Shown here: positions 1 to 11,939 of the stretch, in pieces | How the letters are laid out: every line of letters begins with the position of its first letter | How positions within the stretch are numbered: the first letter of the stretch is position 1 | Source: Octopus vulgaris | Lineage: Eukaryota | Direction: 5' to 3' | Length of the DNA: 64,000 nucleotides | Assembly (NCBI GenBank): GCA_951406725.2 | Contig: OX597821.1 | Coordinates: 99,510,001-99,574,000, forward strand | Made by a program: the position numbers and the translations under genes | The notes under the pieces: model-generated | The model's database searches: none | What the model saw: the letters and a program-made list of their open reading frames with translations, nothing else | Told to the model about the DNA's origin: nothing

Positions 1-870
1 TTATTATCGCACGGGAAGAGTGGAAAAGTCTTTGACGTTTTGATACGCTCTCGGATAGAAAGGATTGAGAGGGAAAAAAAGGGAGAGAGAGAGAGCGAGT
101 TCATATCAATTACCTTAAGCCAAATACAAAAAACTATATGTGTGTGTGTGTGTGCATATGTGCGCGTGCGTGTCCTATCACATTTCGAAACCAATCCCAT
201 AATTGTCTCCCTTAGACCAATTTTGCTTCCGATACAGCGAAGCCCATTCACACACACACAGATCAAAGATGCAAACACACACATGCGCAATCATACACAC
301 ACACAGACAGAGATTCAGACACACACACAGAGACAGATTTACACTCACACATACAAAGACAGAGATTCAGATACACACACACGCGCGCGTATGCACACAC
401 ACACACGCAACGTTATTACACGATTAAATTATCGCATCTTCGTTGCAAGAGTTGTCTACTCTTAGACCAGTCAGAGACAATGATCGCACTTTCCTCCGAT
501 ATTGACGATGTCTCCCACTTTTTTGAGTTCTTTTCCTTTGAGAATTGTCCCTCATTTTATGTTACTACACATTCTGAAATAAGTGTGATTCACATTTTTA
601 AAAACGAAACAAAGTCTTTTTTTTTTTAAATCTACGTTTCCACCCTCTCACCCACCCCTATTCTTTCATCATACCGTTGGAATAGCCTTTACAATTAAAA
701 TGAATTTCATTTTATTTTGCGGTATTTTTCGTCATTTTATAATACCACACAGGATCCTTTCACACATTCTAAAGCAATTCTAATTCACATTTTTTGAGAG
801 TGTCTCACTTCGCTCCGTCACAGTCCCTTCGGAATAGCTGTCACAGTTAAAAGGAATTATTATTATTTTA

Positions 871-1099
871 AAGGCAGCGAGTTGGCAGAATCGTTAGCAC
901 GTCGGGCGAAATGCTTAGCAGTTTTTCATCTGCCGCTACGTTCTGAGTTCAAATTCCGCCGAGGTCGACTTTGCCTTTCATCCTTTCGGGGTCGATTGAA
1001 TAAGTACCAGTTACGCACTGGGGTCGATATAATAGACTTAATCCGCTTGTCAGTCCTTGTTTGTCCCCTCTATGCCCTTGTGGGCATTTAAAAAAAAAA
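871..1099 (+). mobile_element. tRNA-derived SINE, family A
   Basis: A-box-like TGGCAGAATCG, B-box GAGTTCAAATTCC, body GCCTTTCATCCTTTCGGGGTCGAT and an A-rich tail. Many copies occur in the window. Confidence 0.9.
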
Positions 1100-1312
1100 T
1101 TATTATTTTGTGGTATTTTCCGTCATTTTATAATACTACACCTTCTGAAACACATGTAGTTCACATTTTGAAATGTGAAAAAAGTCGTTTTCAAAAATCC
1201 ATATTATTTTTCAAATTACTTCAAGCCCACCATTTTATCAGACCTTTGCGAATAGCTATTATAATTAGAATGAATTACTTTATCTTATGCGGTGTTTATT
1301 ATTATTATTATT

Positions 1313-1858
1313 GAGTAAGAGAGCAGTGCATGCCTTCAAAGTGACATTGGGGCACAATTATACGAAGCCCAATATACCCATCATGACTACCCGTCTGATA
1401 AGGGCACACTAGGCACATGCATCACAATCATATGTGCGCGACATGGTGATCTCATATCAAGATAAATAGCACATGACCTTGCAGGTAGGGCTCAGTTAGA
1501 ATTTTCTTCTGGTCAAGTAACCCACCCCACTCAAAAGGTCCCTGAATAAGGATTGTTTAAGGATGTTGAACGAACCACCCATGTTTCCAAAGGTGAATTA
1601 TTCAAACTCCAAAGAATCCCTCTCAACACATGGCTATGATGCTCCCCCACTACTTCTGCTCATGATCAGAGATGCACATATCGTCTGCCACTAAGGGACA
1701 TGGTCAACTGATTAAGGTCAAACAACTGACAAGCAAATCTGTGGTATTGAGCAGAATATTTGCTGTAGCCCATCTTTTATACCAAGACAAAACAATGTAC
1801 ATGATAACACTTCCAATCAGATAAGATCAGAAGCCATGAGAGCCACTGCATCAGTGCA
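1313..1858 (-). mobile_element. Non-coding retroposon-like insert of about 545 bp in an (AAT)n tract
   Basis: A GC-richer block bounded on both sides by TTTATTATTATTATTATTG. It splits a satellite monomer. Confidence 0.6.
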
Positions 1859-4048
1859 TTTATTATTATTATTATTGTTTTTTTTTTTTTATAAAACTAC
1901 TCATTCTGAAACGCTTGTAATTCCCATTTTATATATTCGTTTAAGAAACAGATTGGGTTTATTTACATTTCTGAAGAAAAAAATATACCCTTCCCCCACC
2001 TCTAACCCCAACCCTAAAACAGATTGAAATGCTATAGATCGATACTAGGGTCATAATTATAGGTGGACGCTAAAGAGGGAACGGTTTTGTTATCCAGCTC
2101 TGTTTACGAGTGACCCCTCAGTTTATGGCCACAAGGTCTTTTCATAAGAAAAAATTCTCAAAAATCCATGTTTCTCAAACGTCTCCCCCACTCCTCAATA
2201 CATTTGGGAATAGCTATCAGAATTAAAATGATTTTTCAAAGTTTTTAATTTCAGTATTTACTGTCATTCTATGTTATCAAATATTCTGAAATACTTGTAA
2301 TTCACATTTTTTAAAGAAAAAATTTGCTAAAAATACATATTTTCTGTCCCCCCCCCATCACTTTATTGTTCCTTCGGAACAGCTGTCACAATTAAAGTGA
2401 AATTTTTTTGAGGTAATTTTTTAAAATTCTATAATACTATACATTTTGAAACACTTGTAATTCACATTTTTTAAAGAAAAAAAAAAAAAAAAATCCACAT
2501 TTTTCAAATTTCTTCACCCTCATACGACACGAAAATTAATTAAATTTATTAAGCTGCTCATCCATGATCCCACAAACTACGATTTACCTCTACAAGTGAT
2601 TATTTGAAAAACAAAATAAGAATTTTGAAAGAAATATCTGTAAAATGATAATTTCATTTGTTTGAAATGTAGAAAAGAATATTTTTAATCGAAGAAAAGT
2701 AGAATGGAACAAACGCTTATGCTTTCCCTTCTCAGCACCTTGTCCTAAGCAAAACGGTATTTCTTTCTATTTCTTTTTTCCCTCGGCATAACCACAGATG
2801 TGTAAGCATATCTACACAAGTGTGCCACACCGACTTTGTGGCTTTATAACTTTCTGAAATATGGATATTTTAAATTGAAATTTTCTGCAAATACGCCTAA
2901 TTTTTCAGAAAATTACGAGGCTCTTGTGAATTATCTGAAACTCCTCTTATCCAGTTTCGAAAATTTTCACAAGTACCAATATAATCACGATCTCCATCCG
3001 ATAAGTATTTGTAGAAAAATTCATTAACAATCCCCTCCAAATTTCTATGGAAGTCATGAAGAAACAAAAAGTCATGGATGGGCACACTTGTGTAGGTATG
3101 CGAAAGACATATCTACAGAATTGTGCCCCAACTTGATTTGCTCTAACTTTAAAAAAATTGCATATTTTTTTTTGCTGAAAATTTTCAGAGATGCATTTTA
3201 GATGGTGAAGTTTAAGTTTATATTGGAAATTGTGAAAAATTTTCTCAGAGAGTTGGAGAGGAATTTCGGATAATTCACCCTTCTTGATAATGCTTCATAA
3301 TTTTCTGAAAAACGAATATTTTTTTACAATTATTTTTACAAATATTTCAAATGTAGTCCAAAAAACTGGGGATGGGGTCAGATAAATCAAATTTCTCGAT
3401 TTTGTTTCCTCGTACATTTTTCAAAGCAAATTCCGATGTAAGCATAACTGCACAACTGTGCTCTTAACAACTTTGATTCTTCCAACACAATCACAATTTA
3501 CAGCATGTGATAAGTATTTGTATAAAACTTTATTTAAAAAATATTCATTTTCAGGTAGTTATGCGGAAACAATTCGAAATGTTTGAAATATTCTAAACTC
3601 CTTTAGAAAACTTTTCCCACAAGAAATTCCGATGTAACCCGAATTTACACAATGTAACACGTATCTTTGGAAAATTTCATTAAAAAATGTGCATTCTTAA
3701 GAAAATTATAATGAAACATAATCGGATGGCACACATCTGTAGTTATGAATTTTTAAAAATGTTTCCTATTCATTATTTATTTCCTTCGGGTGGAGGGAAA
3801 TCTTTCCGAAAATGTTTCCGCCCGATACGTTTTCCCACAGTTTTCATTTCGCAAAGGCTTAATTCAGCTCTATAAGTTATGATAAAAGAGACTTGTCCAA
3901 GGTGCAGCTCACTGAGATCGAACGCAAAACTTCATGACTGGGAAGCGAACTTAACTATTGCTTTTGTAAATACACCTTGCTTTTTAACCACGTGGATTCG
4001 GGTTCAGTCCCACTCATTGCACAGCACCTCTCCTATTGCCCCAAACTG

Positions 4049-4381
4049 GGCGGACGTAAAGAATGTGGACCGCATATCTTTTGGGTTCTTTTTTTATTTT
4101 TTACAGAATCCCCCATTTTCGAGTACGGAGATTCTGATTCTATAAAAAACCCGGCATTTAAAAATTTTTAATTTCGGCCCCACCTCATTCTTAAATTTTA
4201 ACTTTTTCAGTAATTTTTTGTTGCGAAATACATAGATAAATACGGAAATAATCTCCATAGTTTAAAATGCGTTTTTTTTTTTTTGCAGAATCAGAATCTC
4301 CGTGCTCGAAAATGGGGGATTCTGTAAATAAATAAATAAATAAATAAAGTGGGGGTGCAGTCCACATTCTTTACGTCCGCC
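4049..4381. mobile_element. MITE with about 100-bp TIRs and an 8-bp TSD (Merlin-like by inference)
   Basis: Ends GGCGGACGTAAAGAATGTGGAC and GTCCACATTCTTTACGTCCGCC. Inner IR CAGAATCCCCCATTTTCGAG/CTCGAAAATGGGGGATTCTG. TSD CCAAACTG (4041-4048) / CTAAACTG (4382-4389). Confidence 0.85.
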
Positions 4382-4467
4382 CTAAACTGACCAGTGCCTT
4401 GTAAGTGGGGTAGGCGTGGAAGCCCGTTCTATGAATGTATGTATGTATGTATGTATGTATGTATGTA

Positions 4468-4619
4468 CACTAGCGTAACTGGGAGGGGGCGGTAGGGGCG
4501 GTCTTCCCCGGGCGGCACTTTTAAAGGGTCTCCTGTAGGCAATGTGTGTTTTTTGTGGGATCCTGGGGTGGCAAACGAAAGGGCCGTCCCGGGTGGTACA
4601 GACTCTAGCTAAGGTAGTG
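4468..4619. mobile_element. Small GC-rich MITE (hAT-like ends)
   Basis: Imperfect TIR CACTAGCGTAACT / AGCTAAGGTAGTG, inserted in a (GTAT)n tract. Confidence 0.6.
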
Positions 4620-5104
4620 TGTGTGTATGTATGTTATGTATGTATGTATGTATGTATGTATGTATGTATGTATGTATGTATGTATGTATGTGTTTGTGTT
4701 TGTCCTCCCCCACCGCTTGATAACCAACGTTTGTTTGTTTACGTCTTTGGAACTTAGCGACTCGGCTAAGAATAAGTCCCAGACTTTCTAAGTCTTCAAA
4801 AACTTTAAAATCTTTACCAGACTTAAAAAAAAAAAAAAAAGTACCGGGATTGATTTATTCTACTAGACTTTTGAAGACGATGCTCCAGCATGGCCGCAGT
4901 CCAGTAATTGAAACAAATCAAAGATAAGAAATAATACATTCACGTACAAGACACCTTTTATAAATCTTTTTATCCATTTAATCTTCTCACCGTATAATCT
5001 TCACCATTATCTCCTGCGCCCCCCCTCTCTCTCTCTCATTCACTCACACCACCACTACTACATACTTTTCCCTCCTACTTTTTGCACCAATGTCATTAGT
5101 TAAT

Positions 5105-5640
5105 ATCTTCCCTTCTTCTTCTTGTTCTTGTTCTTGTTCTTCTTGTTCTTCTTCTTGTTCTTCTTCTTGTTCTTCTTCTTGTTCTTCTTCTTCTTCTTCT
5201 TCTTCTTCTTCTTCTTCTTCTTCTTCTCATTCTTCTTCTCATTCTTCTTCTTCTTCTTCTCATTCTTCTTCTTCTTCTCATTCTTCTTCTATTCTTCTTC
5301 TTCTTCTTCTTCTTCTTCTTCTTCTTCTTCTTCTTCTTCTCTTTCTTCTCCTTCTTTTCCCACCTATCCCTTCTCCCCCTTTCACCGTTTTTTTTTCTTT
5401 CTTTCTTTCTTTCTTTCTTCCTCCTACTCATTTCCCCTTCTCTTCTCTTTTTCCACCTCTTCTTTCTTCTCTCCTATTTTTCTTTTCTCCTCCCTCTTCC
5501 CGTCTTTTGTTCTCTCTCTTTCTTTCTTACTCTCTTCTTCTTCTTCTTCTTCTTCTTCTTCTTCTTCTCTTTCTTCTCTTTCTTCTCCTTCTTCTTCACC
5601 ACCATCATCACTTCCCTTCCTCCCATCCTCCTCCTACTGT
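5105..5640. repeat. (TTC)n / polypyrimidine low-complexity tract
   Basis: Seen directly in the sequence. It explains the spurious poly-S/L/F/R ORFs. Confidence 0.95.
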
Positions 5641-5998
5641 ACCATACTACACACTTCTATACAGTCTAGACTCTAGACCAAAAAACAAAAATTGTGGACA
5701 GACAGTTAAGGTCACATACACAAGAGATATTTAACTTTGTTATGGACTAGTTAAGGTTAATGAGAACTACTTCAGGTCACTGGTTTCTTCTGGAACAGTA
5801 TCGAGTATTATAAAATCTCTGAGGAGGTATTTAAGATAAATGTTTGTTATTTGACGTCAGTAGAGAAAAATGTAGAGTTACTAAGAAATTTTTAATATTT
5901 CTGTGCAGTAAGGCTATCGATTGAGAAAGAAAAAATGGTAAATTGCTAGACTTATAACAGTATTTAGTTACAGTATTGTGAGGAATTTTTAACACTTG

Positions 5999-6030
<32 letters not shown>

Positions 6031-6284
6031 GTTAACATCCACTTTTCCATGTTTGTATGGCTCAAATGAAGTTTATTGAGGCAGATTTTCTTCTGCAGGA
6101 TGCCCTTCCGCTTGCCAAACGTCACATAATTTCAAGCAAGGTAATATTTCTCCATGGGCTGACATGTTTTTGCCGAATATTCGAAATGAAGAACACTGCT
6201 TGTATGATGGTGACACTTGTTTACAAGAATCTCATTATGTCAAAACAAGGAGACACAACACAACACAACACACACACACAAGTT

Positions 6285-7020
6285 TCAAAAATGGAAACAG
6301 AACCTCGACGAAGGAACGAACTGGTCATAGATGTGCTCTTTCCTCGTTAGTTATGGTGCAAAAATCATTACAATTTCTGAACGCAGGTGTTATTCAAATT
6401 CTTTTACTTTCGACATATGTTTCGAAGACAACATTGGTTTTTATTCCAAAGGAATAAACGGTGTAAAATAATGTAATCTTCTCATCAGGAAAGAAAGAGA
6501 ACTTATCTCAACAACAAGACATTATAACAATTTTGATGACTGCATAAATGATAAACAGAACGCTAATTGGCTCAGATGTGGATACACCTGTGAAACATTC
6601 ACCTACAACTTTGGATACATGCTAAACATCTAAAAAAAAAACCTTCTTTTATTTAGTTTTCTGTGTCTGTGTGGCTCAGCCGGCTGCGCGATGCTCCATT
6701 TTAATTGGACAGTTGGAATGCCCCACGGTCCATACCAGTTCCAAGTTGTCAAAATAGTTAACGCTATTATTACTGCCACGATCATTATCATCATCATCGA
6801 CATCATCATCACGATCATGTGAATATCATTATCATTAACATCGCTATCATCATCATCACCGTCATCGTCATCATCGTCGTCGTCATCATCATCAGCATCA
6901 CTACAATCATGTGATCGCTATCATCACCCTTGTCATCCTCGCTTATTGGCATCATCGTCATCGTCATCATCATTGTCATTATCATCATCATTATCATCTG
7001 TACCATAATCATTACAGCAT
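6285..7020 (-). mobile_element. Non-autonomous Penelope-like element (PLE) derivative with hammerhead-bearing terminus
   Basis: The minus strand gives the remnant LKWSIAQPAEPH..LNKRR, resembling the PLE GIY-YIG C-terminus (KWSI..A.PY..LNKR..C.H). A hammerhead follows at 6407-6493, and a second copy lies at 17325-17704. Confidence 0.6.
6407..6493 (-). ncRNA. Type I hammerhead ribozyme, core intact
   Basis: Minus strand: CUUUC-CUGAUGA-GAAGAUUACAUU...AAUGUUGUCUUC-GAAAC-AUAU-GUC^GAAAG. Stem I is CUUUC/GAAAG, stem II is long, and stem III is the palindrome ACAUAUGU. Confidence 0.88.
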
Positions 7021-7029
7021 ATGAACACA

Positions 7030-7202
7030 ACAACGCGAGGACGTGGAACAAGTATAGTGTTATTGGATGCTCAGGAAAGGAAAGAAAGAAGGAGGGTGTA
7101 ACGTTTTGAGCGGAGCTCTTCGTCAGAAACATAGGAAAAGGAAAGATCCAAGGAAGGGAAGACAGAAGAAAAAAAATCGCCAATGATACACACGCGGTCA
7201 CA
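7030..7202 (-). mobile_element. Penelope-type terminal repeat fragment with a mutated minimal hammerhead (7096-7130)
   Basis: Minus strand: GUUU-CUGACGA-A-GAGC-UCC-GCUC-AAAACGUUACAC. The core GAAA is mutated to AAAA. Confidence 0.65.
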
Positions 7203-8206
7203 TATACACACAACAGGCTTCTTTCAGTTTCCATCTACTAAATCCAGTCACAAGGCTTTGACTGGAGTGAGGCTATAGTAGAAGTGACTTGCCCAAGGTG
7301 GCACTCAGTGAGACTGAACCTGAAACCATGTGTTTGGGAAGCAAACTTGTCAATCACACAGCCATGTTTTCACCTATAACAGTAATATACCTGGGAGTTA
7401 CTTCAATAAACTCTATATTCTAATAGTAAATCCTGACCTTTTGCTTTGTCAGAAGAAATTGTTTTTGGGTTAGACACAATGGTCTGATATTCTAGACGAT
7501 AGACCAAAGCAATAATGTGGTTCTTGTGTGCATATGTTTAACAAGGGCCTTACATGAGACTATGTGGAATAAATGTCTTTAACCCATTTGTTACCATAAT
7601 TCTGTTGAAATTCACTGCCTTTGTTTTAATTAATTTTGAAAATAATGGAGCACTTTAATTACATGTAGGGACACAGTATCTCGTTATGCAACCATGATAT
7701 ACTACAAAGTATATTAAATGTCTTTATAAGTCAATATCATGTTCTACTGTGTTAGCAGTGCTATTACATCTATAGAAATTATAACCAGCACTTATTTTGT
7801 TATATCTTGTATCCGAGAAGCCTGATATAAAGAAAACAATGAGACTGAAGATGAAAAATGGCTATAATTTCTATATAAAATCTGTAGAGATAACCTTAGC
7901 ATGTAATGAAGAATTTGGTAAAATAACTTCATTCTTAAGTTAGTGTTTGGAGCTTAGATTAATATGAAATTTTGATGGAAAGTTTTAATTCGGATTACTT
8001 TAATCCTTTTATTAGTATATTTTTGTTGAAATACTCTGTTTTTGTTTCAATTAATTTTGAAAATAATGAGTTTAGTAAAATAATTTTGTCATTTTTAAGC
8101 TAGTGCTTGGAACGTATATTCACAAGAAATTTTGGTGGAAGTTTTTTAATTTGGATTACTTTAATCTTTTTGTAACCAATTTTCTGTTGAAATAAATGGC
8201 CTTTTT

Positions 8207-8562
8207 TTCTTTACTTGTTTCAGTCATTTGACTGCAGCCATGCTGGAGCACCACCTTTAGTCAAGCAAATCGACCCCAGTACTTATTCTATCGACCTCTT
8301 TTGCCAAACCGCTGAGTTATGGGGACATAAACACATCAACATCGGTTGTCAAGTGATGATGGGTAGGGACAAACACAAACACACATACACACATATATAC
8401 GATGGGCTTCTTTCAGTTTCCGTCTACCAAATTCACTCACAAGGCTTTGGTTGGCCCAAGGCTATAGTAGAAAACATTTGCCCAAGGTGCCACACAGTGG
8501 GACTGAACCTGGAACCATGTGGTTGGTAAGCAAGCTACTTACCACACATCCACTCCTGTGCC
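8207..8562 (-). mobile_element. SINE family B
   Basis: Reverse complement has a tRNA-like head (TGTGTGGTAAG..GGTTCAGTCCCAC), the CORE-like CACCTTGGGCAA and the tail GACTGAAACAAGTAAAAG. Confidence 0.9.
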
Positions 8563-8865
8563 TGTGTTTTGATTAATTTTGAAAATGAAGAATTTAGGAA
8601 AATAAATTCATCATTATTAAGCTAGGATTTGGAACATATTTTGGTGTTCAGAAAATAATCAGGGTTTCTCACCACTATGAAATATAAATCAACCAATCAT
8701 GTCAGAGGCAAGGTCAAACGAGCAGAAACCATCTAGAAATAGTACATCATCTCTCCCATCCGGTAGTGTGTCATTCATAGTTATTTTGGTAATTAACTCC
8801 ATGGAGGATAAGAACTTTATAAAACAACTTATACCCAAGGGGTTAAAGGACTTGTCAATTGTCAA

Positions 8866-9084
8866 CCCTTTAGCATTTAAACTGGCCATATCCAGCCTAA
8901 AAATATTCTACACATTTTATGTTCAAATTGGCAAGATTTGGCCTCTCACACCTACCCTACAATGTCATTCTAAAATAAGCAATCGTCATTGCAATCTCAA
9001 AGTTATGAGATAATACATGATTAATTCAAAACAATATGAATAAATAAACATTGCATTTGACGGAGTCGTCTGAATGCTGAAGGG
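8866..9084. mobile_element. piggyBac-like MITE
   Basis: TCAA|CCCTTTAGCATT...AATGCTGAAGGG|TTAA. Homologous to 28170-28388 and 34319-34539. Confidence 0.8.
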
Positions 9085-9284
9085 TTAAGCAGGGATTGAG
9101 GTTGATTCCTAGTTTTGACTTGATGAGAGTTTAGTATTTTGCTCTACAATAGTCACCACCGAAAAAGATCAATATTACAATGGGATAATTGTTCAGTGTG
9201 TTAATTAAGGTCAGTGTGTAGAGCTAAGGTCATTGTGGGGTATTAAATTTCTGTAATAGGTGCTTAATGTAGTAGCTGAGTGGG

Positions 9285-9288
9285 GAGG

Positions 9289-9347
<59 letters not shown>

Positions 9348-9383
9348 AAACAAAGTGAGAATGTGAGAAAGAGAAATGGAGTA

Positions 9384-9418
<35 letters not shown>

Positions 9419-9840
9419 AGCAAAAAGAAAGTGAGAGAGATAGAGAGAGAGAGAGGAGCAAAGAGAAAGTGACAGAGAAAGAGAGAGAGAATGAGAGACA
9501 GACTGAGAATGTGAGAAAGAGAAATGGAGAGAGTGTGTATGTGTTTGTGTGTGTGTGTGAGAGAGAGAAAAGCAAAAAGAAAGTGGGAGTGAGAAAGAGA
9601 AAGAGATGCAAAGAAACTGAGAGTGAGAAAGAGAGAGAAAGAGATACAAAGAAACTGATAGAAAGAGAGAGAAAGAGAAAAGAGATAGTAAGAGAAAGAA
9701 TGACAAAGAGAGAGAGAGAGTGAGAGAGAGTGAAATAGAGAGAGAGAAAGGGAGAGAGGCAGAAAGGGAAAAAAAGAAAGTGTATGTGTGTGTGTGAGAG
9801 AGAGACAGCAAGAGAGATAGATAGATAGAGAGAGGAAGAG
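9285..9840. repeat. (GA)n/(GT)n compound low-complexity tract with internal duplication
   Basis: Seen directly. GAGAATGTGAGAAAGAGAAATGGAG is repeated near 9357 and 9505. Confidence 0.9.
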
Positions 9841-10315
9841 TTTTCTAGTGAGGTGTTGAATTCATAGTTGTTTCAATTCCCAGTTGTAATAATTTCACAT
9901 TTTGTGTGTGTATGTGTGTGTGTATTAGTTGTTTATCCTGAAATCATCCTTGGCTGAGATGACATATTATAAAAACATTCCAGTTATAACCACTCTGTCC
10001 TTTTTTTCTAGATATAGATCTGAGGCTAAATTATCAAAGGCATTTCTAATTACTTTTAAAGGCAGTAAGGTGTAATTGGAGAAAGATTTGGTTCTTATTT
10101 CATGCAGATCAATCCACCACAGAGGGGCACCTTCATTGGCTCATTACATTTTCCCTTATTTTTAAAAATGATATGGTGTAAGTTGAGGAAGATTTGGCTC
10201 TCCAACAGGAAAATAACTTCTTTTTATGCCACGTTCAAAGAAACCTATTTCTTTTCCTGAAGAATAGAGTCTGAAAGACTGATTTCAACTTCCTCTCTGT
10301 TTCTGAATATTTTGT

Positions 10316-10548
10316 TATTTCTTTATTGCCCACAAGGGGCTAAACATAGAGGGGACAAACAAGGACAGACAAAGGGATTAAGTTGATTACATCGACTCCA
10401 GTGCGTAACTGTTACTTAATTTATTGACCCCGAAAGGATGAAAGACAAAGTCGACCTCAGCAGAATTTGAACACAGAACGTAACAGCAGATGAAATACCG
10501 TTATGCATTTCATCCGGTGCGCTAACATTTCTGCCAGCTTGCCGACTT
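10316..10548 (-). mobile_element. SINE family A
   Basis: Reverse complement of the family A consensus, flanked by the direct repeat TGAATATTTTGT. Confidence 0.9.
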
Positions 10549-11255
10549 AATATTTTGAATATTTTGTGTCTTATAAAATGTTCTAATCAAATCCCCATGG
10601 CGAAGTAGCCCCAGTTTTTCTTTTTTTAAAGACAATATAGTGTAATTTATGGAAGACTTTTAGCTGCTATTTCATGCAGGTCAAGCCACCATGATAAGGC
10701 AGCCACATAGACTCATTGTCTATCGGTAGAAACTATAAAAAGTAACCAATAAATATTGATGTATCACCTATATATCACCTGGTTAAAGGATTTATAATCA
10801 CTTTGACCAACTTTCCTGTCGACATACATTAATTTCTTGCCAGGTGAAAAGGTAATTTGTTAATTCTTGAGAAGACAAGATGCAATTGATTCAAAGATCA
10901 ATATTTGCCTCACTGACTGTTGTATAAATAAGTCCAGATAAGAATATCGAAGAAGCAAACAGGGGTGGAGTAATGTATAAGAAAAAATATAATTAATTTC
11001 TGTTGCCTATTCTATCTTAGATAAAACTGTCTCTGGCCATCTGTGACTTTACAATAACATTAAAGATAGTGCATTGTTATATATTTTATCTTAGATAAGA
11101 ATTATATGAGTTAGGGTTCTGGCCATCTGTAACTGAACAGTAATGCATTATAAAACATTGTTGCCCTTTGTAATACTCTAAGATTAGAATTAGGGGTGCA
11201 TTTAATATATGGTTTTAAACAACAAATCCCTTCCCCACCATATTTAAAAAGCACT

Positions 11256-11473
11256 TAAAGAGGGTGCTGAAAAGTTTCTGGCTTTAAGGGTTTTGTGATA
11301 GGCCTCATTGGAAGCCCAACCTTCTGAGTTCTTTTGCAGGGCTTGGAAAAACTTAAGGACCCTGCAATAAGTGTGTGAATCTGAGAGGGGAATATGTTGA
11401 ATAAAATCATAATTAACTGATCCTCCTGTATTTTCTTTTATCCAAAGCCAAGAACATTTCAACATTCTCTCAT
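11256..11473. mobile_element. Tc1/mariner-like MITE, with partial second copy at about 11670-11770
   Basis: Imperfect TIR GAGGGGTGCTGAAAAGTTTCTGGCTT / AAGCCAAGAACATTTCAACATTCTC. A related end lies at about 19564. Confidence 0.7.
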
Positions 11474-11939
11474 ATATATTCAGTTAAAGATTTGATAACA
11501 TTTCCATCTTTTGCTAACAAACTCTGTAGATAAACTATTGGGATCCGTTCAGTTGGTTTGTGGGAAGACAAATGAAGGCAGATATGATCCATCCATTACC
11601 ACTATTTTATTTATGTCAATCACGGGTGTGTTGTAGATGCCATCTGGGAAAACTACATAAACTGAAGGGTCGCTGCAATAAGGGTGTGAATGTGAGAGGG
11701 GAATATGTTGAATAAAATCATAATTAACTGATCCTCCTGTATTTTCTTTTACCCAAAGCCAGGAACTTTACTTTTTTGATTATTCTTTTATTATGTATCA
11801 ATATACTTTATAACCTTAAGCCCATCAAAGCCATGTCAGTGAATTTGGTACATAGAAACTGTATGGAAGTATGTCGTGTGTGTATGTGTGTATGTGCTTT
11901 TCCTTTGCCTTTGTGTTTTCCCTCACTGTTTGACGATTT

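Larger units (their letters stand above)
545..2520. repeat. Degenerate tandem satellite, unit about 150-170 bp, interrupted by later insertions
   Basis: The motif GGAATAGCTGTCACAATTAAAATGAA recurs near 679, 830, 1250, 2207 and 2376. The motif CATTCTGAAACACTTGTAATTCACATTTT recurs near 570, 765, 1141, 1901, 2283 and 2442. Confidence 0.7.
3955..4928 (+). mobile_element. SINE family B (CORE-like), degenerate, hosting two MITEs
   Basis: GGGTTCAGTCCCAC head, (GTAT)n middle and CTCCAGCATGGCCGCAGTC tail. Confidence 0.75.

Noticed and set aside
5090-5734. Poly-Ser/Leu/Phe/Arg ORFs
   Set aside because: These are translations of the (TTC)n tract.
5664-5826. Possible host exon (AG after a polypyrimidine tract, GAG/GTATTT donor)
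   Set aside because: The splice signals are weak and common, there is no recognisable protein, and it cannot be supported without RNA data.
8215-8529. Recurrent ORFs beginning FQSFDCGHAGAPP (also at 11776, 28534, 43076)
   Set aside because: These are antisense translations of SINE family B, not a gene family.
10253-10290. Hammerhead at CTGAAGA...GAAAGAC
   Set aside because: No convincing stem II, stem I or cleavage triplet.
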